A stretch of 50,046 bases of DNA. Source: a virus. Taxonomy: Duplodnaviria; Caudoviricetes. The stretch lies in IMG/VR virus record IMGVR_UViG_3300030376_005812, positions 1-50,046 of that record. One strand, given 5' to 3'. Positions 38,337-46,130 of the stretch are shown piece after piece (the first letter of the stretch is position 1; the number at the start of each line of letters is the position of its first letter). The translations under genes and the position numbers were made by a program. The notes below the pieces were generated by a model. It saw only the letters and a program-made list of their open reading frames with translations. It did not search any database and was not told the origin of the DNA.

Positions 38337-38564
38337 ATGAAGAGACTGCCACGCAAAAAGTGGAGACAGCTTGTACGTCAATACAGAAAAGGACGATCCG
38401 CTCAGTATCAGATGGATGTCATTCTGCAAAAGCACTGCACAGACGAAGCATACGCGCTGTTTCTAAACTTCAACGACCTCGATGACTACGACCTCGACGT
38501 AGAAACCATGATCCAAAAACTTGAACTCGACGCAAAGATGGAGAATCAACATGCCCTTGCGTGA
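38337..38564 (+). CDS. Early hypothetical protein
   Basis: GGAG SD before ATG 38337. Confidence 0.7.
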   Translation: MKRLPRKKWRQLVRQYRKGRSAQYQMDVILQKHCTDEAYALFLNFNDLDDYDLDVETMIQKLELDAKMENQHALA

Positions 38565-38910
38565 ATCAAAGACCTTCTATCAACCAGTGGTACTCACTGT
38601 GTTCAAGAACCGCAACGTCACACAGACAGTGACCCAGTTGGATGGCTTCGAAGAGATCCCATCCATGTCCATCTTCGATAACACTGCCGATGCACTCAAA
38701 GCTGGGTATGCAATGCGCCGCAGTCGAGAGGAGTGGCTCCTTCAAAAGCTCAACATGCACGACACTGACAATGAACAGCTTGAATGGCTTGACTACATCG
38801 GGTGGACTGAACTCCCTGAGTTCATGGTCGAACTCCGTCAGTTCCACTGCAACATGACAGTGGACAGTCAGGACTCTCGATGCTTCCCTGATGACAAGAT
38901 CCCGGTCTAA
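38551..38910 (+). CDS. Early hypothetical protein
   Basis: GGAG SD before ATG 38551. Confidence 0.7.
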   Translation: MPLRESKTFYQPVVLTVFKNRNVTQTVTQLDGFEEIPSMSIFDNTADALKAGYAMRRSREEWLLQKLNMHDTDNEQLEWLDYIGWTELPEFMVELRQFHCNMTVDSQDSRCFPDDKIPV

Positions 38911-39005
38911 CCCCTTCCTACTTTGTGGGCCTACTTCCCCCCGCCGTGTGGCCGGGGGGAAGTATTCCCCTCTCACCTTTTCTACTCTTTTAGAAAGACA
39001 ACATC

Positions 39006-39482
39006 ATGACTTTGATCCTCAATCGTACTCAGTTCATCGACGTGGACGCTCCCGTGTCCGCAGGTGGCTATGCCTGTGACATCTCCAACGTCACTGCATC
39101 CAAGCCCGGTGAGCCTCTCTCCATCACCATCGTCTGCAATGTCGTTGATGATGGCATCAACAAGCAGGTTCTTGATCGCCTCAACTTCGAGCATCCCAAG
39201 AACGCAGTCCGTGACATCGCCAAGCAGAAGGTTGTTGCATACCTCAATGCAACTGACCAGAGTGACAAGCTCGCTGACTTCAGCAAGTTCATGCTTGGTC
39301 AGGGTGGATTCGACTTCAGCTGCCTGATCGGTGGTCAGTGCTGGATCCACGTCATCGAGTCCGGTGAGTGGCGCAACGTGGACATCAAGGAGAAGCCCCG
39401 TGCTCTCGCCAAGGGTGAGACCTTCAAGGCCGCTGCACCTCACGACTCCACCAAGAAGCCCAACCTCACAGTCAAGCGTTGA
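39006..39482 (+). CDS. DUF669-like (SSB-like) protein
   Basis: PVSAGGYACDISNV..K..LSITIVCNVVD..VLDRLNF..AVRDIAKQKV..LIGGQCWIHV pattern. Confidence 0.65.
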   Translation: MTLILNRTQFIDVDAPVSAGGYACDISNVTASKPGEPLSITIVCNVVDDGINKQVLDRLNFEHPKNAVRDIAKQKVVAYLNATDQSDKLADFSKFMLGQGGFDFSCLIGGQCWIHVIESGEWRNVDIKEKPRALAKGETFKAAAPHDSTKKPNLTVKR

Positions 39483-39545
39483 CTGTGTACAGCCAAGGAC
39501 AGGTCAGTGAGCGTACCTACATACCTCACTGACCTGTCCACTTTC

Positions 39546-40013
39546 ATGTCAAGGATGACCATGACTATACGAAGAGCACACGCTGTCGCTGCATCCGACC
39601 TCGGATCATTCGGCAACGTACCCGTAGCTGAGACCGATTCTTTCGATGTCCATGCTGACCCCAATCCGCAGTCCCCCGATGCACTTGGTGACTATGCGTA
39701 TTGGTCTGACGATGACGACTTCGAGATTCAAACCTCATCACCTGAAGAGCAAGATCTGCTCAATGCAGCATCAATGCTCACTGGTACCACCAACAAGCTG
39801 CCATCTCCTCCCAGCTTGTACTCCCGGACCAACATCAGGCGACGTGGCTTTGGCCTTCGAGAACATCCTGACCACGCAGCCCGTGACGTTCGATGCCCTG
39901 TCAATGAGCGTAAGCCCATCACCAGAGTTCGACATCACGGCATCAACCCTCACGATGAGGACACTTGGTTCACATCAGTACGTGTCCGCTACCACAAAGA
40001 AAGAGTCGCATGA
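39546..40013 (+). CDS. Hypothetical protein
   Basis: ORF after a long hairpin, coupled to the next gene; the start is uncertain. Confidence 0.55.
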   Translation: MSRMTMTIRRAHAVAASDLGSFGNVPVAETDSFDVHADPNPQSPDALGDYAYWSDDDDFEIQTSSPEEQDLLNAASMLTGTTNKLPSPPSLYSRTNIRRRGFGLREHPDHAARDVRCPVNERKPITRVRHHGINPHDEDTWFTSVRVRYHKERVA

Positions 40014-40273
40014 CCACTACCCTCAAGGGTGCATTCCACATCAACAACAGGCTCTACGAGATGTGGGTAGAGCCTGCTTCACCCCTCATGCCCCATATCA
40101 TTCGGAATGATTTTGATTCTTGCCTTCCAATCAAACAACCGATGATTCTCGCACAGGGCAATGAGGTCACAGTCCTCAACATCTACACTGCATGGAAGCA
40201 GACCATGCAGAAGCAAACAAAGTCAGATGGTTGCACTGCCACCATCGTACCCTCATTGGAGTCCGAAATATGA
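40010..40273 (+). CDS. Hypothetical protein
   Basis: ATGA coupling at both ends. Confidence 0.65.
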   Translation: MTTTLKGAFHINNRLYEMWVEPASPLMPHIIRNDFDSCLPIKQPMILAQGNEVTVLNIYTAWKQTMQKQTKSDGCTATIVPSLESEI

Positions 40274-41094
40274 ATGGCCTCATGCTGCACTGCGGTGCAA
40301 GCCACGCAACTTGGGACGACGTATGCAACGTCGTCGTCGAAGACAGCATCACCAGTAACACATACACACCAGTGCCTCACGCCACCCTCGTGAATCAAGT
40401 CCTCGAAGTTCTGGATGACTTCAACCTTCAGGTTGTCGAAGAAGCTCACGCTCTCATGAAGAGGAAGCAGCGGTACTTCGGGTACTTCAAGATCAAGGAT
40501 CCCAGTAACAACTGTGGAGTTCCCACAGACTCCGATGGCAACAACATCTACGACTTCACTCTCGGGATCAGGAATGGTCACGACGGTCAGATCCCTGCCT
40601 CTGCTGCTTTTGGTCAGAGTTGTTTCGTCTGTGACAACATGGCCTTCTACGGTGACATGATGCAGTTCAGCAGACGACACACTCGCAACGTCATTCGTGA
40701 CCTGCCCCGTGTCATCTACGACAACTTCACCCAGCTCCATGACTACATGGAGGGAGTCAACGAACGGTACGGAGTCTACAAGCACAACGCAGTCAAAGAC
40801 AGCACCGCGTTCAACGACATCCTCATCACTGCACTCAGATATCAGGCAGTGACTGCAACCCACATCCCTCACGTCATCCGTGAGTGGGATCGTTCCATCG
40901 CAGGTGAAGGACCCGGTGGTCACTCTGAACTGTCTGGCAACAGTTACTGGTCCCTGCTCAACTGCTTCACTGAAGTTGCAAAGAACAGACCATCACCTGC
41001 CGTCCAGCCTGCACGCACAAGCAGGCTCACCAAGCTGCTCGACCAGTATGTCGGGCTCACCCCCCAACTCACAAGTGGAGGCAACTTTTCATGA
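40270..41094 (+). CDS. DUF932-family protein
   Basis: LMLHCGA..TYTPVPH, RYFG, LGIRNGHD, FVCDNMAFYG, RRHT and WSLLNCFTEVAK motifs. Confidence 0.8.
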   Translation: MNGLMLHCGASHATWDDVCNVVVEDSITSNTYTPVPHATLVNQVLEVLDDFNLQVVEEAHALMKRKQRYFGYFKIKDPSNNCGVPTDSDGNNIYDFTLGIRNGHDGQIPASAAFGQSCFVCDNMAFYGDMMQFSRRHTRNVIRDLPRVIYDNFTQLHDYMEGVNERYGVYKHNAVKDSTAFNDILITALRYQAVTATHIPHVIREWDRSIAGEGPGGHSELSGNSYWSLLNCFTEVAKNRPSPAVQPARTSRLTKLLDQYVGLTPQLTSGGNFS

Positions 41095-41285
41095 CTACGA
41101 CATCAAAGCCTGAGGTGGAGGAGCTCGACAAGATGCTTACCTTCCTCGACAACCTTCAAGCTTCAGGCAAGACCAACATGCTTGCTGCACCTGACTTCCT
41201 TCTGTCTGAATTCTGGGTAACCCATGCGGAGTCAAAGGCAGTCTTCAACTACTGGGCTCAGCTCAAGCAGAAGGGAGAGCGATAG
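41091..41285 (+). CDS. Conserved small phage protein
   Basis: FLDNLQASGKTNMLAAPDFL..F..YW pattern; ATGA coupling. Confidence 0.7.
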   Translation: MTTTSKPEVEELDKMLTFLDNLQASGKTNMLAAPDFLLSEFWVTHAESKAVFNYWAQLKQKGER

Positions 41286-41286
41286 C

Positions 41287-41406
41287 ATGTCACGCGCTGC
41301 ATTCGAGAAGATGTGTCGCATCATCGAGTTTGCACTTCTGATGTTCGGGGTTGTATTCTTTGGCTCAATGCTTTACGCCATGATGCTGGAGACTACCAAC
41401 CGATGA
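41287..41406 (+). CDS. Small membrane protein
   Basis: GGGAG SD; 39 aa with one hydrophobic helix. Confidence 0.55.
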   Translation: MSRAAFEKMCRIIEFALLMFGVVFFGSMLYAMMLETTNR

Positions 41407-41729
41407 TGAACTTCGAAGGCTATGACAAACTCATGCCCCCACACATCAAGGAACAGCTGATCGCTTGGTTCGAGACTGGGACCAAGCCTTCAGCCTTCCT
41501 GCATCGAGCACTCAAGAACGACTTTGTATCTGCAGTTCTTTGTGCAAACACAGAGGAACTCGAGTCCATCTACTCCGTCGCAAGTTTCATCCACCACCAA
41601 CTACCTGCTGGTGCATGGGGGACTCGCTACGTGGTTGATGACTGGAGTAAGGCCCGATTAATCACACCATTCTCAATAAAGAAAGAGGAGGAATACCGCA
41701 ATGGAACACATCAGAGACCAGATTCTTGA
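41403..41729 (+). CDS. Conserved phage protein
   Basis: P.HI..L..W...G..PS.FL..AL.ND...A...P..AWG....V..W pattern; GGAG SD. Confidence 0.7.
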   Translation: MMNFEGYDKLMPPHIKEQLIAWFETGTKPSAFLHRALKNDFVSAVLCANTEELESIYSVASFIHHQLPAGAWGTRYVVDDWSKARLITPFSIKKEEEYRNGTHQRPDS

Positions 41730-41982
41730 ACAGTTCAAGGATACCTTCAATGGTGACCTCAGCACCAAGGAAGGGATGGAGTTTGTAAGCGAACTCCACA
41801 AGACAGGGCACCACATCAACACGATCCTCGAAGCACTCACTGAACATCTCATCTCACGAGCCAAGCACGAAGCTCTTCAAGAACTCATTGATGAGGCAGA
41901 AGCAGAGGAAGCCAAGAAGAGCAGTGTCGTCAACAACGCCAAGGTCATTCGAGAAGGGAATGACATCCCGACTGGCGTGTAA
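41701..41982 (+). CDS. Hypothetical acidic protein
   Basis: GAGGAGG SD; followed by a terminator. Confidence 0.75.
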   Translation: MEHIRDQILEQFKDTFNGDLSTKEGMEFVSELHKTGHHINTILEALTEHLISRAKHEALQELIDEAEAEEAKKSSVVNNAKVIREGNDIPTGV

Positions 41983-42003
41983 GTAAAAGTCTTCATCCCT
42001 CCG

Positions 42004-42039
42004 GCCCTCATGCTCCTCGCGGGTGTGAGGGCTTTTTTT
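42004..42039 (+). terminator. Rho-independent terminator ending the early region
   Basis: GCCCTCA/TGAGGGC stem followed by T7. Confidence 0.85.
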
Positions 42040-42082
42040 GTTGTGCCTACTGTCGAATCAAAAATAGGACGTTGCCTTTCTT

Positions 42083-42091
42083 TGATACACT
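42083..42091 (+). promoter_or_regulatory. Extended -10 promoter (TGnTACACT), probably leaderless
   Basis: TGA-TACACT ends 6 nt before ATG 42098; no SD present. Confidence 0.5.
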
Positions 42092-42097
42092 TGAGTC

Positions 42098-42649
42098 ATG
42101 TCCAAGGAGGTAAGCCAAGATGATCTTCTTGCATTTCTCAGGTGGTGGGTACGCCCCCGTTTGCTTTCATTCCCACGTTGGGAGTTTGATGAGATTATCA
42201 ATGAGGGTTATGAAGTCTGCATGTCGTTGCTTCCTTCGTGGGATCCAGACAAAGGCAGCTACATCACCTACCTCAAGCCCCGCCTCTACGATTACCTCAT
42301 CCGTAAGTACCGCAAGGTCAACGGCATCACCACCACCAGATACGTGGGGGGAGAAATAAAAACCCGTGTGGCAAACAAGCGAGAGTACAACTTCACCGAC
42401 TTGGGTTACATCCCCGGCAAACCAAACAATCAACCCCCTCCCCCCAGCTCGATCCCTTGGGACAGGTTGACCCCGAAGATGCGGGATCTTGTGTTGCTTC
42501 TAAGCAGAGGCTACACGCAGAGACAAGCCAGTAGGATCATGAACGTTCATGAATCAGCGACGACCAAACGAATCAAAAGAATCAGGGAGCACTGGAATGA
42601 CATCAGATATACTTCGCATGATGGCACAGGAGAGCAAGAGATTGAATGA
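42098..42649 (+). CDS. Sigma70-family (ECF/FliA-like) sigma factor
   Basis: Region 2 (DEIINEGY..WDPDKGSYITYL..RL) and region 4 HTH (LTPKMRDLVLL..GYTQRQASRIMNVHESATTKRIKR). Confidence 0.75.
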   Translation: MSKEVSQDDLLAFLRWWVRPRLLSFPRWEFDEIINEGYEVCMSLLPSWDPDKGSYITYLKPRLYDYLIRKYRKVNGITTTRYVGGEIKTRVANKREYNFTDLGYIPGKPNNQPPPPSSIPWDRLTPKMRDLVLLLSRGYTQRQASRIMNVHESATTKRIKRIREHWNDIRYTSHDGTGEQEIE

Positions 42650-42785
42650 GATCACCACCAAGGTAGAACACTGCCGCATCGCTCTCGGTTACAACTACGA
42701 ACAGATCGTTCAACACCTCATCGAGTGCGGCCTTGCCTCCGATGAGATCGAAGCCGACGAGTTGCTTCGAGAAGTAGACGAGTAG
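42597..42785 (+). CDS. Hypothetical protein
   Basis: GGGAG SD; overlaps the 3' end of the sigma gene. Confidence 0.55.
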   Translation: MTSDILRMMAQESKRLNEITTKVEHCRIALGYNYEQIVQHLIECGLASDEIEADELLREVDE

Positions 42786-42843
42786 TCGTGCAGCGAAGCC
42801 GCCGGGGTGGGCGGCTTCTCGCACTGCTTACAAGGGAGATCTC

Positions 42844-43590
42844 ATGTCGTACATGAAGAGAGTTTACGAAGACAAACTCAACATACATCTAGATCAGTTT
42901 CCTTCTCGACCAGACTGCACCATGTGTGAGCTGCACGAAGAAGCAACCAATCCCGGTGTGCCCACTGTATGGTGGCACGAGTCAAGGGATCCATTCGAAG
43001 ATGTACCCATCCTCATCGTGCTCGGTATGAATCCGGGTTACCAAGAGGACAAGAAAAACCAACCATTCATCGGACCCTCAGGCCAGCTGCTCAAGGGTCC
43101 TTACCTCAAGGGATCAAAGCTCAATGAAGTTGCCTGCGTATACTTTGCAAACGCTGCTCGATGTTGGACCCCAAGTGCAAGTCCCCCCCGTCGAAAGCAT
43201 TTCAAGTCTTGTTTCGAACACACTATTGTGGACGCAAACAACATCGTCCGTGCTCGACGAGATGCAAAAGTTGCTTGGCTGTGTTGTGGAGCAGCAGCAG
43301 TTGACTCCCTCTCATCAGCCTTACTGCCCTCCCGAATCAATCTGTCGGGATCTTTCAAAGCTCAGTCGTTGCCTTTTGATCTTGTCGGACGTGATGCTGA
43401 GGGTCAGCTCGAAGCAGCCGGAAGGCAGTGCAATCTCTTTGCCACTTACCATCCCGCTGCAGTCCTTCGAAATCCTAACCTCATCCATGCCGTCGCAGAC
43501 CACCTCGCCCTCCTCCACTCCTACCTCGAAGGAACCATCCCAGTCCCAAGCAAGCCTACCTTGGTACCGCCAAGAGCCCCAGAATCCTAA
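42844..43590 (+). CDS. Uracil-DNA glycosylase family 4-like protein (SPO1 polymerase-associated type)
   Basis: CTMC, GMNPG..ED..PFIGPSGQLL, NAARC, KSC and TYHPAAVLR; four Fe-S cysteines are retained. Confidence 0.85.
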   Translation: MSYMKRVYEDKLNIHLDQFPSRPDCTMCELHEEATNPGVPTVWWHESRDPFEDVPILIVLGMNPGYQEDKKNQPFIGPSGQLLKGPYLKGSKLNEVACVYFANAARCWTPSASPPRRKHFKSCFEHTIVDANNIVRARRDAKVAWLCCGAAAVDSLSSALLPSRINLSGSFKAQSLPFDLVGRDAEGQLEAAGRQCNLFATYHPAAVLRNPNLIHAVADHLALLHSYLEGTIPVPSKPTLVPPRAPES

Positions 43591-43618
43591 GCACGTTCTA
43601 CCTCAAGAGGAGTAGAAG

Positions 43619-46099
43619 ATGACAAGCCCAAGGGTAATCTCACTCGACATCGAATCGTATGGCGCGTGCCATGCCAACAGTGAAGGCAAGCTTCTGCCCG
43701 AACAGAAGCTGTTCAATCCCTTGAGGTCCATGCACACTGACGGTGTGACAAGAGATGATCTTGTTCTTACTGTCGCAATTACCCTGCCGGAGTACGACCC
43801 CCGATGCAACTCTTCCTTCCCGGATTCGAAGACTACGATCACGAACTCGACATCGACTTCCAAGACCAAGTTAGTGACAGACTCGAACAGATCGCAGACT
43901 TCCTCATGTCAAGAGCAAACCAAACAGGACTCAGTCCCTTGGAGCTGCTCTACACTAGCGGCATTATCACCCGCGACGAGCATGGTCTTCCAGATGTCAG
44001 TCGAATCCCACCGGACCCTCTTGAGGAAGTGGCTCCAACACTCAAATACCATCCTTGGGATGAACCTACAGTTTGACATCCAGTACCTTCGCCAGCTTCC
44101 AGACTTCAGGTTTGTCCTTGATGGCCGACAAACTCTCATCGACCTTTCGGTCGTCAACTACATCCACAACGAGCTGCGCCCAGAGAAGTCACTCAAGTCT
44201 CTGGGTCCGGTTCTTGGCACCCACACCTACGAGCAAACAATAAAAGACGGTCGCTTCAAGAGCCCTAAAGACGCAGAGATTATTTCCTACAACGCGCAAG
44301 ACACTCACAATACAATGTTGTGTGTCTCTGAGCTTGCCAAAAGAATCTTGAAAGATCAGCCATGCCCGACCAACACCCAGTCCATCTCTTCGATAGAGAC
44401 ATTACCTTCTCCCTCAACTTCAACGGAGAGAGTTTCCGACTCAGAGCCAAGGACCTCAAGCAGTGCTTCAAGGAAGTCTTCGCTCACCCTCAGCTCTGGG
44501 CCAAGCCCATCGGTGGAGACCACACAATCTTCGACGAGTTGCCTGCCACCTCCATCGACATCAGCAAGTTCACTCTCAACTTCATCGCACTCGCAGCTTG
44601 CACCGTGTCCGAAAACCTTGATGAAGAGTTTAGCCGAGACGAAAGAGAGTAAGCTCTCCCCCCAAAGTATCGAGCATTACTCCGACACCATCTGGTCATG
44701 TATCACCATGTCAGAGTCGGGTATCCCCATGTCCTTTGACCTACTCAACAAGCAGCTAAAGAACCTGACTTTCAAGTGTGAGATTGCAGCGCGAGTATCC
44801 AAGAGCAAGTACAATCTTGTGCTCGAAGGAAAAGGCTCAGCCAAGTCAAAGCAGGAGTTCATTGACGAGATCATCGAAGAGATCGACAGTCACTCCTCCA
44901 TCGACATCCTCAGCCACCCCCTGCTTTCCCTTACTCCCAAGACGAAAAAGATCTCATGGTCCGAGGACAATCGCAATCTACTCTCATCCTACCTGCCGAA
45001 GGATCATCGACTGCAGTCTGCTATCAGGGTAGTGAAGTACCATGCTTCAGCACAGAAGTTGATCTCGACCTACCTGTACCCCCTGCTGAAACACAGGAGG
45101 AACAGACCACAGGACAAGTCATCGGTACTTATTCCGTTCTCGAAGGAGATTGGTTTAGCTCACCCGACGTGGTACATAGTTCCATCCCTGCCCAAGGACA
45201 CAGGATCGGAAGGCGGGACGATACAAGGCCGTATCACCTGCAAGAGTCCATCAGCTCAGACCTTTCCTCCCCCCATCAAGAAGGCGATGAAGTCCCGTTG
45301 GACTAACGGTTCGATCATTGGCTTCGACTTGTCACAGATCGAGCTTCGTGTTGCTGCCCTGTTGTCAGGTGATGACAAGCTGATCCAATCATTCACCGAG
45401 GGTCTCGACCTACACACCGACAGAACGGTGTCAGTCTTTGGCGAAGACATTCAGTCCGACCCCCAGTTCAAATCCAAGTGGCGACAGATCGGCAAGACCC
45501 TGAACTTTGCCGACCTCTTCTTGGCATCAGCCTCACGTATGCAGCGCACCGTTGTCGAAATGTGTGGCGACCTTATGCCCATTCCTTTCTTCAACAACAT
45601 CGTCAAGACCCGATACCTCCAACGACCCGGCCTCTGCTCTTGGCAGTACGAACTTGCCTGTGTTGCAGAGACCCAAGGCACCCTCGTACTTCCGATAACC
45701 GGACAGTCCCGCACCTTTACCAGCTTCGAAGTTGACCACACCAAGTGGGATCGCAATCGAATCGTGGCTCCTGTCTACAACAAGAACTTCAAGTCACTGC
45801 TCAATGAAGTAGTAAACTTCCCCATTCAGACGACAGCTGGCAATGTTCTTCTTCAAATCCAGCACAACTTAAATAGAATGATGGGGTCAATGAACCGCGT
45901 AGGCAGACGGCCCCTTATGTTCCTTCAGGTTTATGACGCGGTATACTTCGACTGTCCCACGGAGCAGGTCTCTGACCTTGAGGAAATGATTTCGAATGCT
46001 GTCGATCTGGTGGTTCATGGTGGTGGTTATTGGAATCAGCTGCAGCAGATCTTTCAGCGCACTGTCCCAGTGCTGTACGAAGTCGAGCAGGTCTCTTGA
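43619..46099 (+). CDS. polA: DNA polymerase family A (3'-5' exonuclease and polymerase domains, no 5'-3' exonuclease)
   Basis: ExoI LDIES, ExoII NLQFD, ExoIII YNAQD; TIQGRITCKSP, motif A DLSQIELR, motif B RQIGKTLNF, NFPIQ and motif C QVYDA. Confidence 0.92.
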   Translation: MTSPRVISLDIESYGACHANSEGKLLPEQKLFNPLRSMHTDGVTRDDLVLTVAITLPEYDPRCNSSFPDSKTTITNSTSTSKTKLVTDSNRSQTSSCQEQTKQDSVPWSCSTLAALSPATSMVFQMSVESHRTLLRKWLQHSNTILGMNLQFDIQYLRQLPDFRFVLDGRQTLIDLSVVNYIHNELRPEKSLKSLGPVLGTHTYEQTIKDGRFKSPKDAEIISYNAQDTHNTMLCVSELAKRILKDQPCPTNTQSISSIETLPSPSTSTERVSDSEPRTSSSASRKSSLTLSSGPSPSVETTQSSTSCLPPPSTSASSLSTSSHSQLAPCPKTLMKSLAETKESKLSPQSIEHYSDTIWSCITMSESGIPMSFDLLNKQLKNLTFKCEIAARVSKSKYNLVLEGKGSAKSKQEFIDEIIEEIDSHSSIDILSHPLLSLTPKTKKISWSEDNRNLLSSYLPKDHRLQSAIRVVKYHASAQKLISTYLYPLLKHRRNRPQDKSSVLIPFSKEIGLAHPTWYIVPSLPKDTGSEGGTIQGRITCKSPSAQTFPPPIKKAMKSRWTNGSIIGFDLSQIELRVAALLSGDDKLIQSFTEGLDLHTDRTVSVFGEDIQSDPQFKSKWRQIGKTLNFADLFLASASRMQRTVVEMCGDLMPIPFFNNIVKTRYLQRPGLCSWQYELACVAETQGTLVLPITGQSRTFTSFEVDHTKWDRNRIVAPVYNKNFKSLLNEVVNFPIQTTAGNVLLQIQHNLNRMMGSMNRVGRRPLMFLQVYDAVYFDCPTEQVSDLEEMISNAVDLVVHGGGYWNQLQQIFQRTVPVLYEVEQVS
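43804..44076 (+). CDS. Candidate nested gene 1 inside polA (90 aa, acidic)
   Basis: ATG-to-TGA ORF in an alternate frame; GGAG 11 nt upstream; begins where the polymerase turns Ser/Thr-rich. Confidence 0.55.
   Translation: MQLFLPGFEDYDHELDIDFQDQVSDRLEQIADFLMSRANQTGLSPLELLYTSGIITRDEHGLPDVSRIPPDPLEEVAPTLKYHPWDEPTV
44362..44652 (+). CDS. Candidate nested gene 2 inside polA (96 aa)
   Basis: ATG-to-TAA ORF in an alternate frame that matches the Ser/Thr linker end to end; GAAAGA upstream as for genes at 39006 and 40010. Confidence 0.65.
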   Translation: MPDQHPVHLFDRDITFSLNFNGESFRLRAKDLKQCFKEVFAHPQLWAKPIGGDHTIFDELPATSIDISKFTLNFIALAACTVSENLDEEFSRDERE

Positions 46100-46124
46100 C
46101 AAGTAAATTGTGGCTACCTAGTTT
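46096..46124 (+). promoter_or_regulatory. Sigma70-type promoter, probably leaderless
   Basis: TTGACA-N17-TAGTTT, then 6 nt to ATG 46131; no SD present. Confidence 0.65.
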
Positions 46125-46130
46125 GGCCGC

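Noticed and set aside
43805-44050. Intein in polA (insert starts at Cys; HSN-T occurs downstream)
   Set aside because: It is about 80 aa, too short for a Hint domain, has no block A/B motifs, and its composition is explained by the alternate-frame ORF.
44362-44652. Group I/II intron or homing endonuclease in polA
   Set aside because: The PolA frame is open throughout, and I saw no LAGLIDADG, HNH or GIY-YIG motif or intron core. Splicing is not formally excluded without RNA data.
45478-45735. Further alternate-frame ORFs inside polA (also 44956..45306)
   Set aside because: Here the PolA frame carries conserved motifs and normal composition, while the alternate products look like shadows.
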